Assembly (NCBI GenBank): GCA_040389365.1
Contig: JAZKAB010000003.1
Coordinates: forward strand, 7,357 to 71,356
DNA from: Patescibacteria group bacterium
Lineage (GTDB): Bacteria; Patescibacteriota; Minisyncoccia; Phycocordibacterales; UBA9973
Reading direction: 5' to 3'
Length of the DNA: 64,000 nucleotides
Shown: piece after piece, positions 9,733 through 19,417 of the stretch
Layout: every line of letters starts with the position of its first letter
Numbering within the stretch: the first letter of the stretch is position 1
Position numbers and translations under genes: made by a program
The notes under the pieces: generated by a model
Databases searched by the model: none
What the model saw: only the letters and a program-made list of their open reading frames with translations
What the model was told of the DNA's origin: nothing

Positions 9733-10275
9733 ATGATCCTCTCACAAACACTTGCATTCGTAGACGTTGAAACAACCGGCCTTAACAGCGATATCGCTGA
9801 GATTATTGAGCTGGGCGTTGTATTGGCAAAGCTCAAAGACGGCGAGCTCGTTGTCGTTGACCAATTGGACGTGAAGATTCGCCCAGAGCATATAGAAACT
9901 GCAGAGCCTGCGGCATTGAGGGTTAATAACTACAACGAGGCCGACTGGCTGTTTGCGGTGTCATTGCAGGATGCAATGAAGACATTTGCCGACAAGACAG
10001 ACGGGGCGGTGTTCGTGGCGCACAATGTCGTATTCGACTATGGCTTTATCGATCGCGCATTCAAGAATACGGGTGTTGAAAACCGCATGCACTATCACAA
10101 GCTCGATACGATTGCCATGGCATTTGGCATCCTGCACGACCAGGATGACATGAACAAGTTCTCCCTCAAGGCATTGTGCGAATACTATGGCATTGAGAAC
10201 AAGAAGGCGCATTCAGCCTTTGCTGACGCCTATGCGACGTATGAGGTGTTCAAGAAGCTTTTGAAGCTGAAATAG
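9733..10275 (+). CDS. DEDDh 3'-5' exonuclease (DnaQ/epsilon-like)
   Basis: FVDVETTG, VAHNVVFD, AHSAFADA. Confidence 0.9.
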   Translation: MILSQTLAFVDVETTGLNSDIAEIIELGVVLAKLKDGELVVVDQLDVKIRPEHIETAEPAALRVNNYNEADWLFAVSLQDAMKTFADKTDGAVFVAHNVVFDYGFIDRAFKNTGVENRMHYHKLDTIAMAFGILHDQDDMNKFSLKALCEYYGIENKKAHSAFADAYATYEVFKKLLKLK

Positions 10276-10337
10276 CGTTGCATTTGACATTCCTATTTCT
10301 TACAGTATAGTAAGAAAAACATTTAAATACTTAGACA

Positions 10338-10946
10338 ATGGTAAAAGGAAACTATAGAGTTATTTCAGTATTTTCGCGTTCCGAAAAGCTTTTTGACGAC
10401 TATCCCTATCGGAAGTTTTATATGATTGACGAGGGGAACGTTGAAATAAGAGGCGTTGAAGAGTTTGCGCAGTATGTGGAGGCCGACTTCAGTGAGTTGT
10501 ACTTTAGGAATCGCCTTATTCCCACTACTCGAAAGGTAGTCACTATTTCTCTTGATAAGGAAAGTAGCGATACCGGCATGCAACTGTATCAAGGAAGGGA
10601 AAGAGGCATCGATTCAGTTCCGGTGTATGATACTGTTCCTCGTAACATTGATTATGATGGTATAGTAGTAGACCTGATGCTATCTCGGTCTGGCCGGCAT
10701 CGTCATGCAACTGAAAAATATCAGCCTCATGGGTTGGGAATCGTTGCATGGGCAGTCTTGCATAACATCCCTGTTGGGCTTGTGTATGAGGATGAGGGTA
10801 ATGCGGATTTTAGAAGATCAAACTTCTGGATTGAATCAGTATTGGATACGCTCGCAACCCATTCCATGTGCTATGGCAATAGAATTCCTTCAGGAAACAT
10901 TAATGATGTGTGCCGCGAAATGAGAGAGCTGCTTACGCAGCAATAA
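10338..10946 (+). CDS. Hypothetical protein, possible degenerate receiver-like domain
   Basis: Own promoter (TTGACA...TATAGT, about 10285-10312) and terminator. 'YDGIVVDLML...GLGIV' resembles REC strand beta3. Confidence 0.6.
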   Translation: MVKGNYRVISVFSRSEKLFDDYPYRKFYMIDEGNVEIRGVEEFAQYVEADFSELYFRNRLIPTTRKVVTISLDKESSDTGMQLYQGRERGIDSVPVYDTVPRNIDYDGIVVDLMLSRSGRHRHATEKYQPHGLGIVAWAVLHNIPVGLVYEDEGNADFRRSNFWIESVLDTLATHSMCYGNRIPSGNINDVCREMRELLTQQ

Positions 10947-10964
10947 AGCCTTCGGGCTTTTTTT
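10945..10964 (+). terminator. Intrinsic terminator
   Basis: AAAGCC-TTCG-GGCTTT plus T run. Confidence 0.8.
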
Positions 10965-10985
10965 ATTGTATGTTAGTATCCTGAT

Positions 10986-12041
10986 GTGGAGAAGAAAAAG
11001 AAAATTTTTGTCGGGATCTCAGGCGGCGTAGACAGTTCAGTGTCTGCATATTTGCTGCAGCAGCAAGGGTATGACGTTCAGGGTATTTTCGTGAAGACAT
11101 GGGCGCCAGACTGGGTGCCGTGCACATGGGTAGATGAAAAGAGGGATGCAATGCGCATTTGTGCGGCATTAGATATCCCTTTTCATTTTCTCGATGCGAC
11201 AGAAGAATACAAGCATGGCGTCGCTGACTATATGATCAGCGAGTATCGCGCGGGCAGAACGCCCAACCCAGATGTCTTGTGCAACAAGATCATCAAGTTT
11301 GGGGCGATGTGGCAGTATGCCAAGGTGCAGGGTGCTGATGGTATCGCAACGGGGCACTATGCACAGGTACATGACCGAGTGCTGATAAAAGGCGCTGATG
11401 GGGCAAAAGATCAGGCGTATTTCTTATGGATGATAGAAAAGGAATTGTTGGGCCAGATTATCTTTCCGATTGGCCACCTGCAGAAGTCCGAGGTGCGTGC
11501 CATTGCAGAAAAGGCAGGGCTATTTACCGCAACAAAGAAAGACAGTCAGGGCATCTGCTTCTTGGGAGAAATCGACATGAAAGATTTTCTGCGGCACTAT
11601 ATTGATCAGAAGCCCGGCCCTGTATTGAATGAAGAAGGCAAGACGGTGGGCGAGCATGATGGCGTCTGGTTCTATACATTAGGAGAGCGCCACGGTTTCC
11701 GCATTACCGAGCACAATGTTCATAGGGAGCCGTGTTATATCGTCGGGAAAGACATAGAAAACAATACCCTTACGGTTGCGAAGGCAGCTCAAAAGACTGA
11801 GGCAAAAGAGGGAAGCATGACAGTGTCATTGCGAGACGTTAATTGGTTTAGCAATCCAGATATTTCCAAGAAATACACTGGCCAGATTAGATATCATGGG
11901 CAGCTGCTGCCAGTATCATTCGTTAATGACTACACTGTTGAGATATTTACTACAGAACAAATGCCATTAGGGCAGTCATTGGTTGTCTATGACGGAGATA
12001 TTGTAATAGGAGGCGGTGTCATTGACTTTTTGGTTATTTAG
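10986..12041 (+). CDS. mnmA: tRNA 2-thiouridine(34) synthase MnmA
   Basis: SGGVDSS, GRTPNPDVLCN, ATGHY, KDQAYFL, KKDSQGICF. Confidence 0.97.
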   Translation: MEKKKKIFVGISGGVDSSVSAYLLQQQGYDVQGIFVKTWAPDWVPCTWVDEKRDAMRICAALDIPFHFLDATEEYKHGVADYMISEYRAGRTPNPDVLCNKIIKFGAMWQYAKVQGADGIATGHYAQVHDRVLIKGADGAKDQAYFLWMIEKELLGQIIFPIGHLQKSEVRAIAEKAGLFTATKKDSQGICFLGEIDMKDFLRHYIDQKPGPVLNEEGKTVGEHDGVWFYTLGERHGFRITEHNVHREPCYIVGKDIENNTLTVAKAAQKTEAKEGSMTVSLRDVNWFSNPDISKKYTGQIRYHGQLLPVSFVNDYTVEIFTTEQMPLGQSLVVYDGDIVIGGGVIDFLVI

Positions 12042-12076
12042 TGATATAGTGTGCCAAATATTTAAAACTAAAGAAC

Positions 12077-12280
12077 ATGAAAAAATACTTATTTGTAGCA
12101 GCAATATTGCTGCTCATAAGCGGTACCTTTACAGGGTGCGCTTGCTATGGATATAACAGCAATGCCCACGGATATGAAATGTGGCCGCAAAACAATGGCC
12201 AATATTATTACCCGTACGCAACCCAGGCTGCAGCTGCTGCCGGATTGGGCGGCGGCTATTATCCGTCCCCACGGTATTAA
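12077..12280 (+). CDS. Small putative lipoprotein (Tyr/Gly-rich)
   Basis: MKK, hydrophobic stretch, FTGC lipobox-like motif. Own TTGACT...TATAGT promoter and downstream terminator. Confidence 0.6.
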   Translation: MKKYLFVAAILLLISGTFTGCACYGYNSNAHGYEMWPQNNGQYYYPYATQAAAAAGLGGGYYPSPRY

Positions 12281-12305
12281 TAATGGCAGAGACCTTATTC
12301 AAATC

Positions 12306-12335
12306 GCACATCATTAGACAATGGTGTGCTTTTTT
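12306..12335 (+). terminator. Intrinsic terminator
   Basis: GCACATCATT-AGAC-AATGGTGTGC plus T run. Confidence 0.7.
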
Positions 12336-12366
12336 ATTTCCTGCCCTCATGCGCTATACTGTCGGC

Positions 12367-12840
12367 ATGACTGCAATATTGACGAACGTTATTTATGTAA
12401 AATTATTCATGGCAATGGTATTGGGCATGGTGCTCGGCGTTGAGCGCTTTGTCGCGCACAAGACGGCTGGCATGCGCACGTATACTCTGGTATCGCTTGG
12501 TGCCGCAATGTTCGTCATTATCTCGCAGATGGTAGCTGAGCTTTATAATATGCCCTATACCTTCCATCTTATTGCGGCTATTATCTCCGCAGCGGGCTTT
12601 CTGGGCGTTGGCTCGATCATTCGCAGCGACATGAAGGTTATCGGCATTACAACTGCAACCGGCCTTTGGGTTGCAACGGGCATAGGCATGGCCTGCGGCT
12701 TTGGGTTTTATGAGCTGGCGGCAATCGTTACGATGCTTACCATGTTTGCATTTATTGTGCTGTGGTTTGTCGAGCGACAGATCAACAAGCTGTCTATTAT
12801 GAAAGAAGAGCATAACGTGCCGCTAGAGCCGGAGATGTAG
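12367..12840 (+). CDS. MgtC/SapB family membrane protein
   Basis: GVER...AGMRTYTLVSLG, GFLGVG, GITTATGLW. TATACT lies 6 nt before ATG 12367. Confidence 0.9.
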   Translation: MTAILTNVIYVKLFMAMVLGMVLGVERFVAHKTAGMRTYTLVSLGAAMFVIISQMVAELYNMPYTFHLIAAIISAAGFLGVGSIIRSDMKVIGITTATGLWVATGIGMACGFGFYELAAIVTMLTMFAFIVLWFVERQINKLSIMKEEHNVPLEPEM

Positions 12841-12841
12841 T

Positions 12842-14677
12842 ATGAAGAAAAGCACTGCACAATGGAAAAATGGCAAAGAGCTTTTGGCGTATCTAAATGA
12901 GGCATATAATGTGCTTCATACAGCATATGAAGACTTGTTTTGGACAAGCTATATGGGAGACCATAGCGTCAATGATGCAAAAGACAGGGCGCTTGAAGCG
13001 CGAGACGCATTTCGTACAAACGAAATACTCAAGAAGACAGTAGAGGAATTTATTCCTGCAAGCAAGGGTGAAATAAAAGAACGGCTTGAACACTGGAAGC
13101 TTTTCTTCTCGCTGTATCAGGTTCCTGAACAAGCTAAGGCGATAAAGCAGAAAGTAGATATGCTGGAAAGCTCATTAGGCAAGGTGCGCAGTACGCGCAA
13201 AGAGGGCTATATTGACCCTAAGACAAAGAAGTTCGTAAAGGCATCTGCAAATGCGCTCCGCAGCCTTATTGTTACCAGCGATACAGAGCCGATGCGAAAG
13301 GCTGCCTTTGAAGCCTTGGGTCAGTTAGGTGCTGACTGCATTGCAGACTATATCGTTCTTATCAACACGCTCAATGAGTTTGCCCGTGCATTAGGGTATG
13401 AAGACTTCTTCGCCTACAAGCTGAAGATAGAAGAAGATATGACAAAGAAAGAACTCTTTGCATTGTTTGACACGATTTATGACAAGACAAAGTATGCCTT
13501 TGAAGACATACGAGCGCTTGAAAAGAAAAGCATGCCTGGCCTTCGCAAGCCTTGGAACTATTCGCACATGCTTGCAGGTTCATTCGTAAAAGAGGAAGAC
13601 CAGTATTTTCCCATTGAAGAAATGCTGCCTCGCTGGGGAAAGTCGTTTGCTGCCCTCGGCATCTCATTCCAGGGCTCATCTTTAGTGTTTGACTTGCTAG
13701 ACAGGGAAGGGAAATACAACAATGGCTTTTGCCATTGGCCAGACTTGGTACAGTACAGGGATGCAAAGCGCATTCCAGGTCGTTCTCAGCTTACCTGCAA
13801 TGTTGTACAAGGAATTCCTGGGGAATCGAGCCTTGGGTACTTAACGCTCTTTCATGAGGGCGGCCATGCTGCGCATATCCTTAGTTCAGAGATGAAGGAT
13901 GCCTGCGTCAATCACGAGTACGCCCCAATGACCATGTCATGGGCTGAAACGCAAAGCATGTTTCTGGATACTATGTTCTCAAGCATAGATTGGCTTACAA
14001 GATATGCAAAAAATACAAAGGGAGAAGCATATCCTTTCGAGCTGTATAAGAAAAAGGTAACAGCATTGCAATTTCAGGCTCCATTGTATTTGATGCAAAT
14101 TGTTCGAGTGTCTGCATTTGAACGAGAGCTGTATGAGGCAAAGAACTTAACCAAGGAAAAAGTTATTTCCATTGCGAAGAAAATAACCAAGAAGTATTTT
14201 GACTTTAGCGTAGACAGCTACAACATACTCGAGGTGCCGCACTTGTATTCATGGGAGAGCGCCTGCTCATATCATGGCTATGCGCTCGCAAAGCTTGGCC
14301 TTTCGCAATGGCGAGATTACTTCTATGACAAGTACGGATATATTGTTGATAATCCAAATGTTGGAAAGGAGATGAAAAAAGTGTGGAAATATGCAGGCTC
14401 AAAGACATTTCCTGAATTTATTAAGCTAGCGACTGGCAAGAAACTTTCAGCGCTGCCATATATTAAGAATGTCACGCGTTCAGTTGCCAAGACATTGAAG
14501 ATTGCAGAAGAGCGCATTGCCATTACTGCAAAGAAGCCAATGAGCAAAAAGGCAATAGATCTAGATGCGAAGATTTCGCTTGTCCATGGCAAGGAAACAA
14601 TTGCTACAAACAAGAAGTCGTTTGAAGATATGGCCAAGACCTACGCAGCATGGCTGCAAACCCAAAAGACAAAGTAA
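12842..14677 (+). CDS. M3 family metallopeptidase (oligopeptidase)
   Basis: DLLDREGKYNNGF, TLFHEGGHAAH, AETQSMF. Confidence 0.88.
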   Translation: MKKSTAQWKNGKELLAYLNEAYNVLHTAYEDLFWTSYMGDHSVNDAKDRALEARDAFRTNEILKKTVEEFIPASKGEIKERLEHWKLFFSLYQVPEQAKAIKQKVDMLESSLGKVRSTRKEGYIDPKTKKFVKASANALRSLIVTSDTEPMRKAAFEALGQLGADCIADYIVLINTLNEFARALGYEDFFAYKLKIEEDMTKKELFALFDTIYDKTKYAFEDIRALEKKSMPGLRKPWNYSHMLAGSFVKEEDQYFPIEEMLPRWGKSFAALGISFQGSSLVFDLLDREGKYNNGFCHWPDLVQYRDAKRIPGRSQLTCNVVQGIPGESSLGYLTLFHEGGHAAHILSSEMKDACVNHEYAPMTMSWAETQSMFLDTMFSSIDWLTRYAKNTKGEAYPFELYKKKVTALQFQAPLYLMQIVRVSAFERELYEAKNLTKEKVISIAKKITKKYFDFSVDSYNILEVPHLYSWESACSYHGYALAKLGLSQWRDYFYDKYGYIVDNPNVGKEMKKVWKYAGSKTFPEFIKLATGKKLSALPYIKNVTRSVAKTLKIAEERIAITAKKPMSKKAIDLDAKISLVHGKETIATNKKSFEDMAKTYAAWLQTQKTK

Positions 14678-14712
14678 ATGGATTATTTATAACTTTCTGA
14701 TACAGTAACTAT

Positions 14713-16452
14713 ATGACAACCCCTGAAATCCGACAGCGATTCCTCGACTTCTTTGCCAAGCGCGGTCATGCAGCAGTGCCCAGCGCTTCTTTGGTGCCGA
14801 AGAATGATCCTTCAGTGCTTTTTAATACCGCAGGCATGCAGCCATTGGTGCCGTATTTGATGGGGCGACCGCATCCGTTAGGCAATCGCCTTGCAAGCAG
14901 CCAGAAGTGCGTGCGTACGGGAGATATTGAAGAAGTGGGTAACCATAAGAACCTGACGTTCTTCGAAATGCTCGGCAATTGGTCTCTCGGCGACTATTTC
15001 AAGGAAGAGGCGATCAAATGGAGCTTTGAGTTCTTAACCTCTAAGGAAGAAGGGCTTGGCCTTGATCCTGCTCGACTGTACGTAACGGTATTCGAAGGCG
15101 ATGAGAATGCTCCCCGTGATATGGAAGCAGTTGAAATCTGGAAGAACTACATTCCTGAACATCGTATTTATTTCCTGCCCGCAAAGAATAACTGGTGGAG
15201 TCCGGGAGACAATGGCCCCTGCGGTCCTGACAGTGAGATGTTCTATGACGTAACGCCAGAGGGCTTGGGTGACATGACGCATGACGAATACGTGGCAGCA
15301 GACGATGTTGGCACGGTCGTTGAGATTTGGAATGACGTATTCATGCAGTATGAGAAGCAGGATGGCGTTGTTGTAGGCAAGCTGGCGCAGAAGAACGTTG
15401 ATACGGGAAGCGGGCTTGAGCGCGTTGCTATGCTTTCTCAAGGCAAGACAAACGTGTATGAGGCCGACATGTTTGCGCCTGTCATGGCTATGATCAAGGA
15501 TCACAGCGAGAACTACACTGAGCGTAATGCGCGCATTATCGCAGACCACCTTCGCTGCGCGCTATTTCTTATCGCTGATGGCGTGACGCCTTCTAACAAG
15601 GATCAGGGCTACATTCTGCGCCGCATCATTCGTCGTGCCGCATTGAAGATGAAGCTGATGAGTACTGACCCTGACATTGCGTATGCGATCCTCACTCACT
15701 ACACTGACTTTTATGCTGAAGCATATCCTGAATTGCTGAAAGGAGACTTGCAGGCAGTATTCAAGACAGAAGAAGAAAAGTTTACCAAAACCTTGCAGAG
15801 CGGTCTTCGTGAGTTTGAAAAGGGCGTTGACCCGTTTATGCTGGCAACGACGTACGGCTTCCCAATTGAAATCACCGAAGAGCTCGCACTGGAAAAGTGC
15901 GTATCAATAGATCGCGATGCGTTTAACGCGCAAATGAAAGCGCACCAGGACGCATCTCGCGCTGGAGCTGCAGCAAAGTTTAAGGGCGGGCTTGCTGATA
16001 CCGGAGAAAAGACAACGCAGCTGCACACTGCACACCACCTCTTGCTAGCAGCATTGCAAAAAGTATTAGGCAAGGAAGTGCATCAGCGCGGCAGCAATAT
16101 CACCGAAGAGCGCTTGCGCATCGACTTTAGCTTTGATCGCAAGATGACTGATGAGGAAAAGGCGGCAGTTGAATTGCAGGTTAACGAATGGATCAATACT
16201 AACCACAAGGTATGCCGCAGAGAAATGCCCCGCGCAGAAGCGGAGCAGATTGGCGCAGAAATGGAGTTTGGCACCAAGTATCCTGATGTTGTCAGCGTAT
16301 ACATGATTGAAGACGCAGCTGGGAATGCTATCTCAAAAGAATTCTGTGGCGGCCCGCACGTTGAAGAGACTAAGGGCTTGGGAGTGTTTAAGATACAGAA
16401 GGAAGAAGCGGTGGCTGCAGGGATTCGAAGAATCAAGGCAACGCTTTCATAA
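14713..16452 (+). CDS. alaS: Alanine--tRNA ligase (short form, no C-Ala domain)
   Basis: LFNTAGMQ, FEMLGNWSLGDYFK, VDTGSGLER, editing HTAHH and CGGPH. Ends at GIRRIKATLS. Confidence 0.97.
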   Translation: MTTPEIRQRFLDFFAKRGHAAVPSASLVPKNDPSVLFNTAGMQPLVPYLMGRPHPLGNRLASSQKCVRTGDIEEVGNHKNLTFFEMLGNWSLGDYFKEEAIKWSFEFLTSKEEGLGLDPARLYVTVFEGDENAPRDMEAVEIWKNYIPEHRIYFLPAKNNWWSPGDNGPCGPDSEMFYDVTPEGLGDMTHDEYVAADDVGTVVEIWNDVFMQYEKQDGVVVGKLAQKNVDTGSGLERVAMLSQGKTNVYEADMFAPVMAMIKDHSENYTERNARIIADHLRCALFLIADGVTPSNKDQGYILRRIIRRAALKMKLMSTDPDIAYAILTHYTDFYAEAYPELLKGDLQAVFKTEEEKFTKTLQSGLREFEKGVDPFMLATTYGFPIEITEELALEKCVSIDRDAFNAQMKAHQDASRAGAAAKFKGGLADTGEKTTQLHTAHHLLLAALQKVLGKEVHQRGSNITEERLRIDFSFDRKMTDEEKAAVELQVNEWINTNHKVCRREMPRAEAEQIGAEMEFGTKYPDVVSVYMIEDAAGNAISKEFCGGPHVEETKGLGVFKIQKEEAVAAGIRRIKATLS

Positions 16453-16492
16453 TTACGTAAAAAGCCCTCAGTTGAGGGCTTTTTACGTAATT
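16451..16492. terminator. Long perfect palindrome / bidirectional terminator
   Basis: 20-bp arms AATTACGTAAAAAGCCCTCA and TGAGGGCTTTTTACGTAATT with a 2-nt spacer. Confidence 0.8.
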
Positions 16493-16535
16493 GACTTAGA
16501 AGGATAATATGGGTACAGTGTTAAAAAAACGCACT

Positions 16536-16871
16536 ATGAGTTACTTAGAAGACGTATACGAAAAGCTTCCTCAGGAAATTAAAGACGTTCTATTGTTTGA
16601 AGAAATGAAATATTTCATCTTTAATGGGCCTAAACCACTCGCCTGCATCAAAGAGTATATGGTTGCGCACCCTGAATTGGACAAAGACACTATGGCTGTT
16701 TGTACAATCCGCATGCTAAGAAACCTTGCTGTTGAAAGAGGCATTGCAACCGAGCAGGATTTGGAAAAAGGCCATGAAAGGGTCATTGATGATGTGCTAG
16801 GATGGCTTACGAAGCATGAATCAGAAATTGTCGCTGAGGTTGCGAAGAGAAAGATGATACAAGGTAATTAA
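16536..16871 (+). CDS. Hypothetical protein (orphan)
   Basis: ORF from MSYLEDVYEK. TTGACT-17-TACAGT promoter and downstream terminator. Confidence 0.6.
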   Translation: MSYLEDVYEKLPQEIKDVLLFEEMKYFIFNGPKPLACIKEYMVAHPELDKDTMAVCTIRMLRNLAVERGIATEQDLEKGHERVIDDVLGWLTKHESEIVAEVAKRKMIQGN

Positions 16872-16877
16872 TAATTG

Positions 16878-16903
16878 ACCCTGGAAAATATTCCAGGGTT
16901 TTT
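16878..16903 (+). terminator. Intrinsic terminator
   Basis: ACCCTGGAA-AATA-TTCCAGGGT plus T run. Confidence 0.75.
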
Positions 16904-16949
16904 ATGTATAAACTTTATCTATTCATTCGTATGCTGCTATACTATACGC

Positions 16950-18110
16950 ATGTCTTCCAAAGCACGTGCGATTGCTGTCTTTGATATTAGTTCCAGTAGC
17001 GTAGGCGGCGCTCATGCGCTGATAGATGCAAGCGGCTCAGCTGCTGCAGTTACTTTTCTCGTGCAAGAACGACGCGATAGCGGGCTTGATGAAGAGCTTA
17101 ACATCGAGCGCTTCGTTGAAGATAGCGCCAAGGCGCTTGAAGTGGTAATTGATCAGGTACGCACTGCAGACGTGCATCACCCTGAATATATCCAGGTGGT
17201 ACTGAGCTCTCCGTGGTATACCTCGCTTACCCGCACTATTACTTACTCTAAAACGACTATCTTTACCTGCACCAAGCGACTCGTTGATTCCTTGATTGAA
17301 AAGGAGATCGCATTTCTGCTCAAGGATCCTGCGATAGCGGGCACTGCATTTGGCGACGGCTTCAAGGTTGCCGAGCAGCAACTGTCAAACGTTCTGCTTA
17401 ATGGCTATGAGTCTAACGATCCGTATGGAAAAAAGGCACAGACACTCGAATTGACGCTTATGGTGACGCTGATTCCGGATATTGTAGCAGAGCGTTTTAC
17501 CAGCATACTGCGCCGTAGCTATGGCGACCGCACTATAAACGTTACGACCGGCGTGCATGCTGCATTCGTGTCGCTGCGGGACAATGGCGGCATTGAAAGC
17601 CCCTGCGTCATTATCGATGTGGGCGAAGAGGTGACTGACGTTGCAGTGGTAAAGAATAACGGCCTGCAGTCACAGCATTCGTTCCCTATAGGAACATACG
17701 AGCTGTATCGCGCATTGGGCGCGGTAACGAAGAGCACTGCACAGGCACGAGCGCTCGTTGAGGGCTATCGCCTCAAGAAGCTTACGCCTTCAAACGTGCG
17801 CATTGTCGAGAAGGCACTGCAGGCATTTTCTCAGAAATGGATAGAAAGCTGCCGATCGGTCGTCGAAGCGGTGCATGACGGCATGCGCATGCCGTCGCAG
17901 TATTATATTTCTGCTGACCAGCGCTTTGAGGCAATCTTTCCGGCCCTTATCAGTACTGATGCATTTTTGCAACACGGTACAGTCTCGCAATCCATCAATG
18001 CTACCTTTATTACCGCAGCACAGTTGTCTGCAGGCATAAAGACTGCCAGCGCAGAACAGCCTGATGCGTCGCTTGCCATAGGAGCGCTTTTTAGCGAGCG
18101 CTTGCTATAA
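16950..18110 (+). CDS. FtsA/PilM-like actin-fold protein
   Basis: FDISSSSVGG (phosphate 1), LLNGY, IIDVGEEVTDV (phosphate 2), SFPIG. Confidence 0.7.
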   Translation: MSSKARAIAVFDISSSSVGGAHALIDASGSAAAVTFLVQERRDSGLDEELNIERFVEDSAKALEVVIDQVRTADVHHPEYIQVVLSSPWYTSLTRTITYSKTTIFTCTKRLVDSLIEKEIAFLLKDPAIAGTAFGDGFKVAEQQLSNVLLNGYESNDPYGKKAQTLELTLMVTLIPDIVAERFTSILRRSYGDRTINVTTGVHAAFVSLRDNGGIESPCVIIDVGEEVTDVAVVKNNGLQSQHSFPIGTYELYRALGAVTKSTAQARALVEGYRLKKLTPSNVRIVEKALQAFSQKWIESCRSVVEAVHDGMRMPSQYYISADQRFEAIFPALISTDAFLQHGTVSQSINATFITAAQLSAGIKTASAEQPDASLAIGALFSERLL

Positions 18111-18117
18111 TATTTAT

Positions 18118-19374
18118 ATGAAGCTGTACGACGTTATTCGCAAAGACCATAAGGAGAATGGCATTCCTGATCCTGAGCCGATGCCAGTATATGTGCCGCC
18201 TCCAGTACGGCACGACATTCCCGCGAAGCCTCTTTCCTCGTGGAGAAAAATAGCCGTTATGGCAGGGGCATTGCTGTTCATTGCGCTCTTGTATATTGGC
18301 GGCACGTATTTCGTGCATGCCAAAGTGACCATTACCGAGCGCCACATTCCATTCTCCCTTAACAATACGCAATTGGAGGTGATGAACGAGAAAAATGCCG
18401 ATGCGGGCAGGCTGTCATTTCAAACTATGGTCGTAACCGACAAGGTAACGCGCCAGATATTTGGATCGGCTTTGACTACCAGCACCACCAAGGCTTCTGG
18501 AAAGATTGTCATTTTCAACCAGTACAGCACGAAGGCGCAGACGGTTAAGAGCGGTACGACGGTAACGGGAGCAAATGGGCAAAAGTATGTCATGCAGGCG
18601 ACGGTAACGGTGCCAGGCTTTACTGGCACGGGCACTGCAAAGGCTGCAGGCTCTGCGTCTGTGGGCGTGGTGGCTGCAGGCATTGGTCCCGCATACAACA
18701 CGACCGGCACGACATTTACCATTGCCGGCTGGACTGGTGCCAATGCCAAGGTGTTCTTTGCAAGCTCAGGTCCCATTACCGGCGGCAGCAATGGCGCAAT
18801 GCATGCGCTGACCGAAGCTGACAAAAAGCAGGCAATACAGAACTTGCAAGCAGCGCTGCAGGAGAAGCTGGCACGCCAGACTCGGTCTCAGATTCCTGAG
18901 AACCTCGTTACGTTTCCTGACCTACAATTTACCTCGATTGATACTGGCAGCTTGGTATTGGAAGGCGATACCATTCAGTTCCCGGCAACGCTTGAGGGAA
19001 CGATGGTGTCATACCTCATCCCGCGAGACCTGCTCGAGCGCGCTATTGCCAGCAAGGCCATTAGCGACCATGCATATCCGCACGTGACGATTCCTGACCT
19101 GGGAGCGGTCAAGATCGCGTCAGTATCGCCGTTGCCAACTAATCCGGCCAACATCCCCGAAAGCATTACCATTGCAGTATCAGGACAGGGAACGATCATT
19201 ACCAAGGCCTCGCCGAGCGCTATCCAGCAGGCAGTATTGAGCATTAAGCGCAAGGCATTTACCCAGGCATTGTCTCGCTTTCCGGAGGTTGATACGGCCG
19301 AATACAGCCTGTATCCGTTCTGGGCGCCCTATTTCCCGTACAAGCCAAGCCGCATAACCGTTAAAGTCCAGTAA
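18118..19374 (+). CDS. Membrane-anchored baseplate-J-like domain protein (CPR-type)
   Basis: N-terminal TM, 'KASGKIVIFN...VTVPG...V.A...G..YN', 'ITGG', C-terminal PFW...P..RI. Confidence 0.65.
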   Translation: MKLYDVIRKDHKENGIPDPEPMPVYVPPPVRHDIPAKPLSSWRKIAVMAGALLFIALLYIGGTYFVHAKVTITERHIPFSLNNTQLEVMNEKNADAGRLSFQTMVVTDKVTRQIFGSALTTSTTKASGKIVIFNQYSTKAQTVKSGTTVTGANGQKYVMQATVTVPGFTGTGTAKAAGSASVGVVAAGIGPAYNTTGTTFTIAGWTGANAKVFFASSGPITGGSNGAMHALTEADKKQAIQNLQAALQEKLARQTRSQIPENLVTFPDLQFTSIDTGSLVLEGDTIQFPATLEGTMVSYLIPRDLLERAIASKAISDHAYPHVTIPDLGAVKIASVSPLPTNPANIPESITIAVSGQGTIITKASPSAIQQAVLSIKRKAFTQALSRFPEVDTAEYSLYPFWAPYFPYKPSRITVKVQ

Positions 19375-19417
19375 ATGCTTGACCCGTTTAGCAAAGTTTA
19401 GTATAGTATCCCAGTCA

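Noticed and set aside
18118-19374. Prophage or contractile injection system
   Set aside because: A single TM-anchored baseplate-like gene among housekeeping genes, with no other structural or integrase genes.
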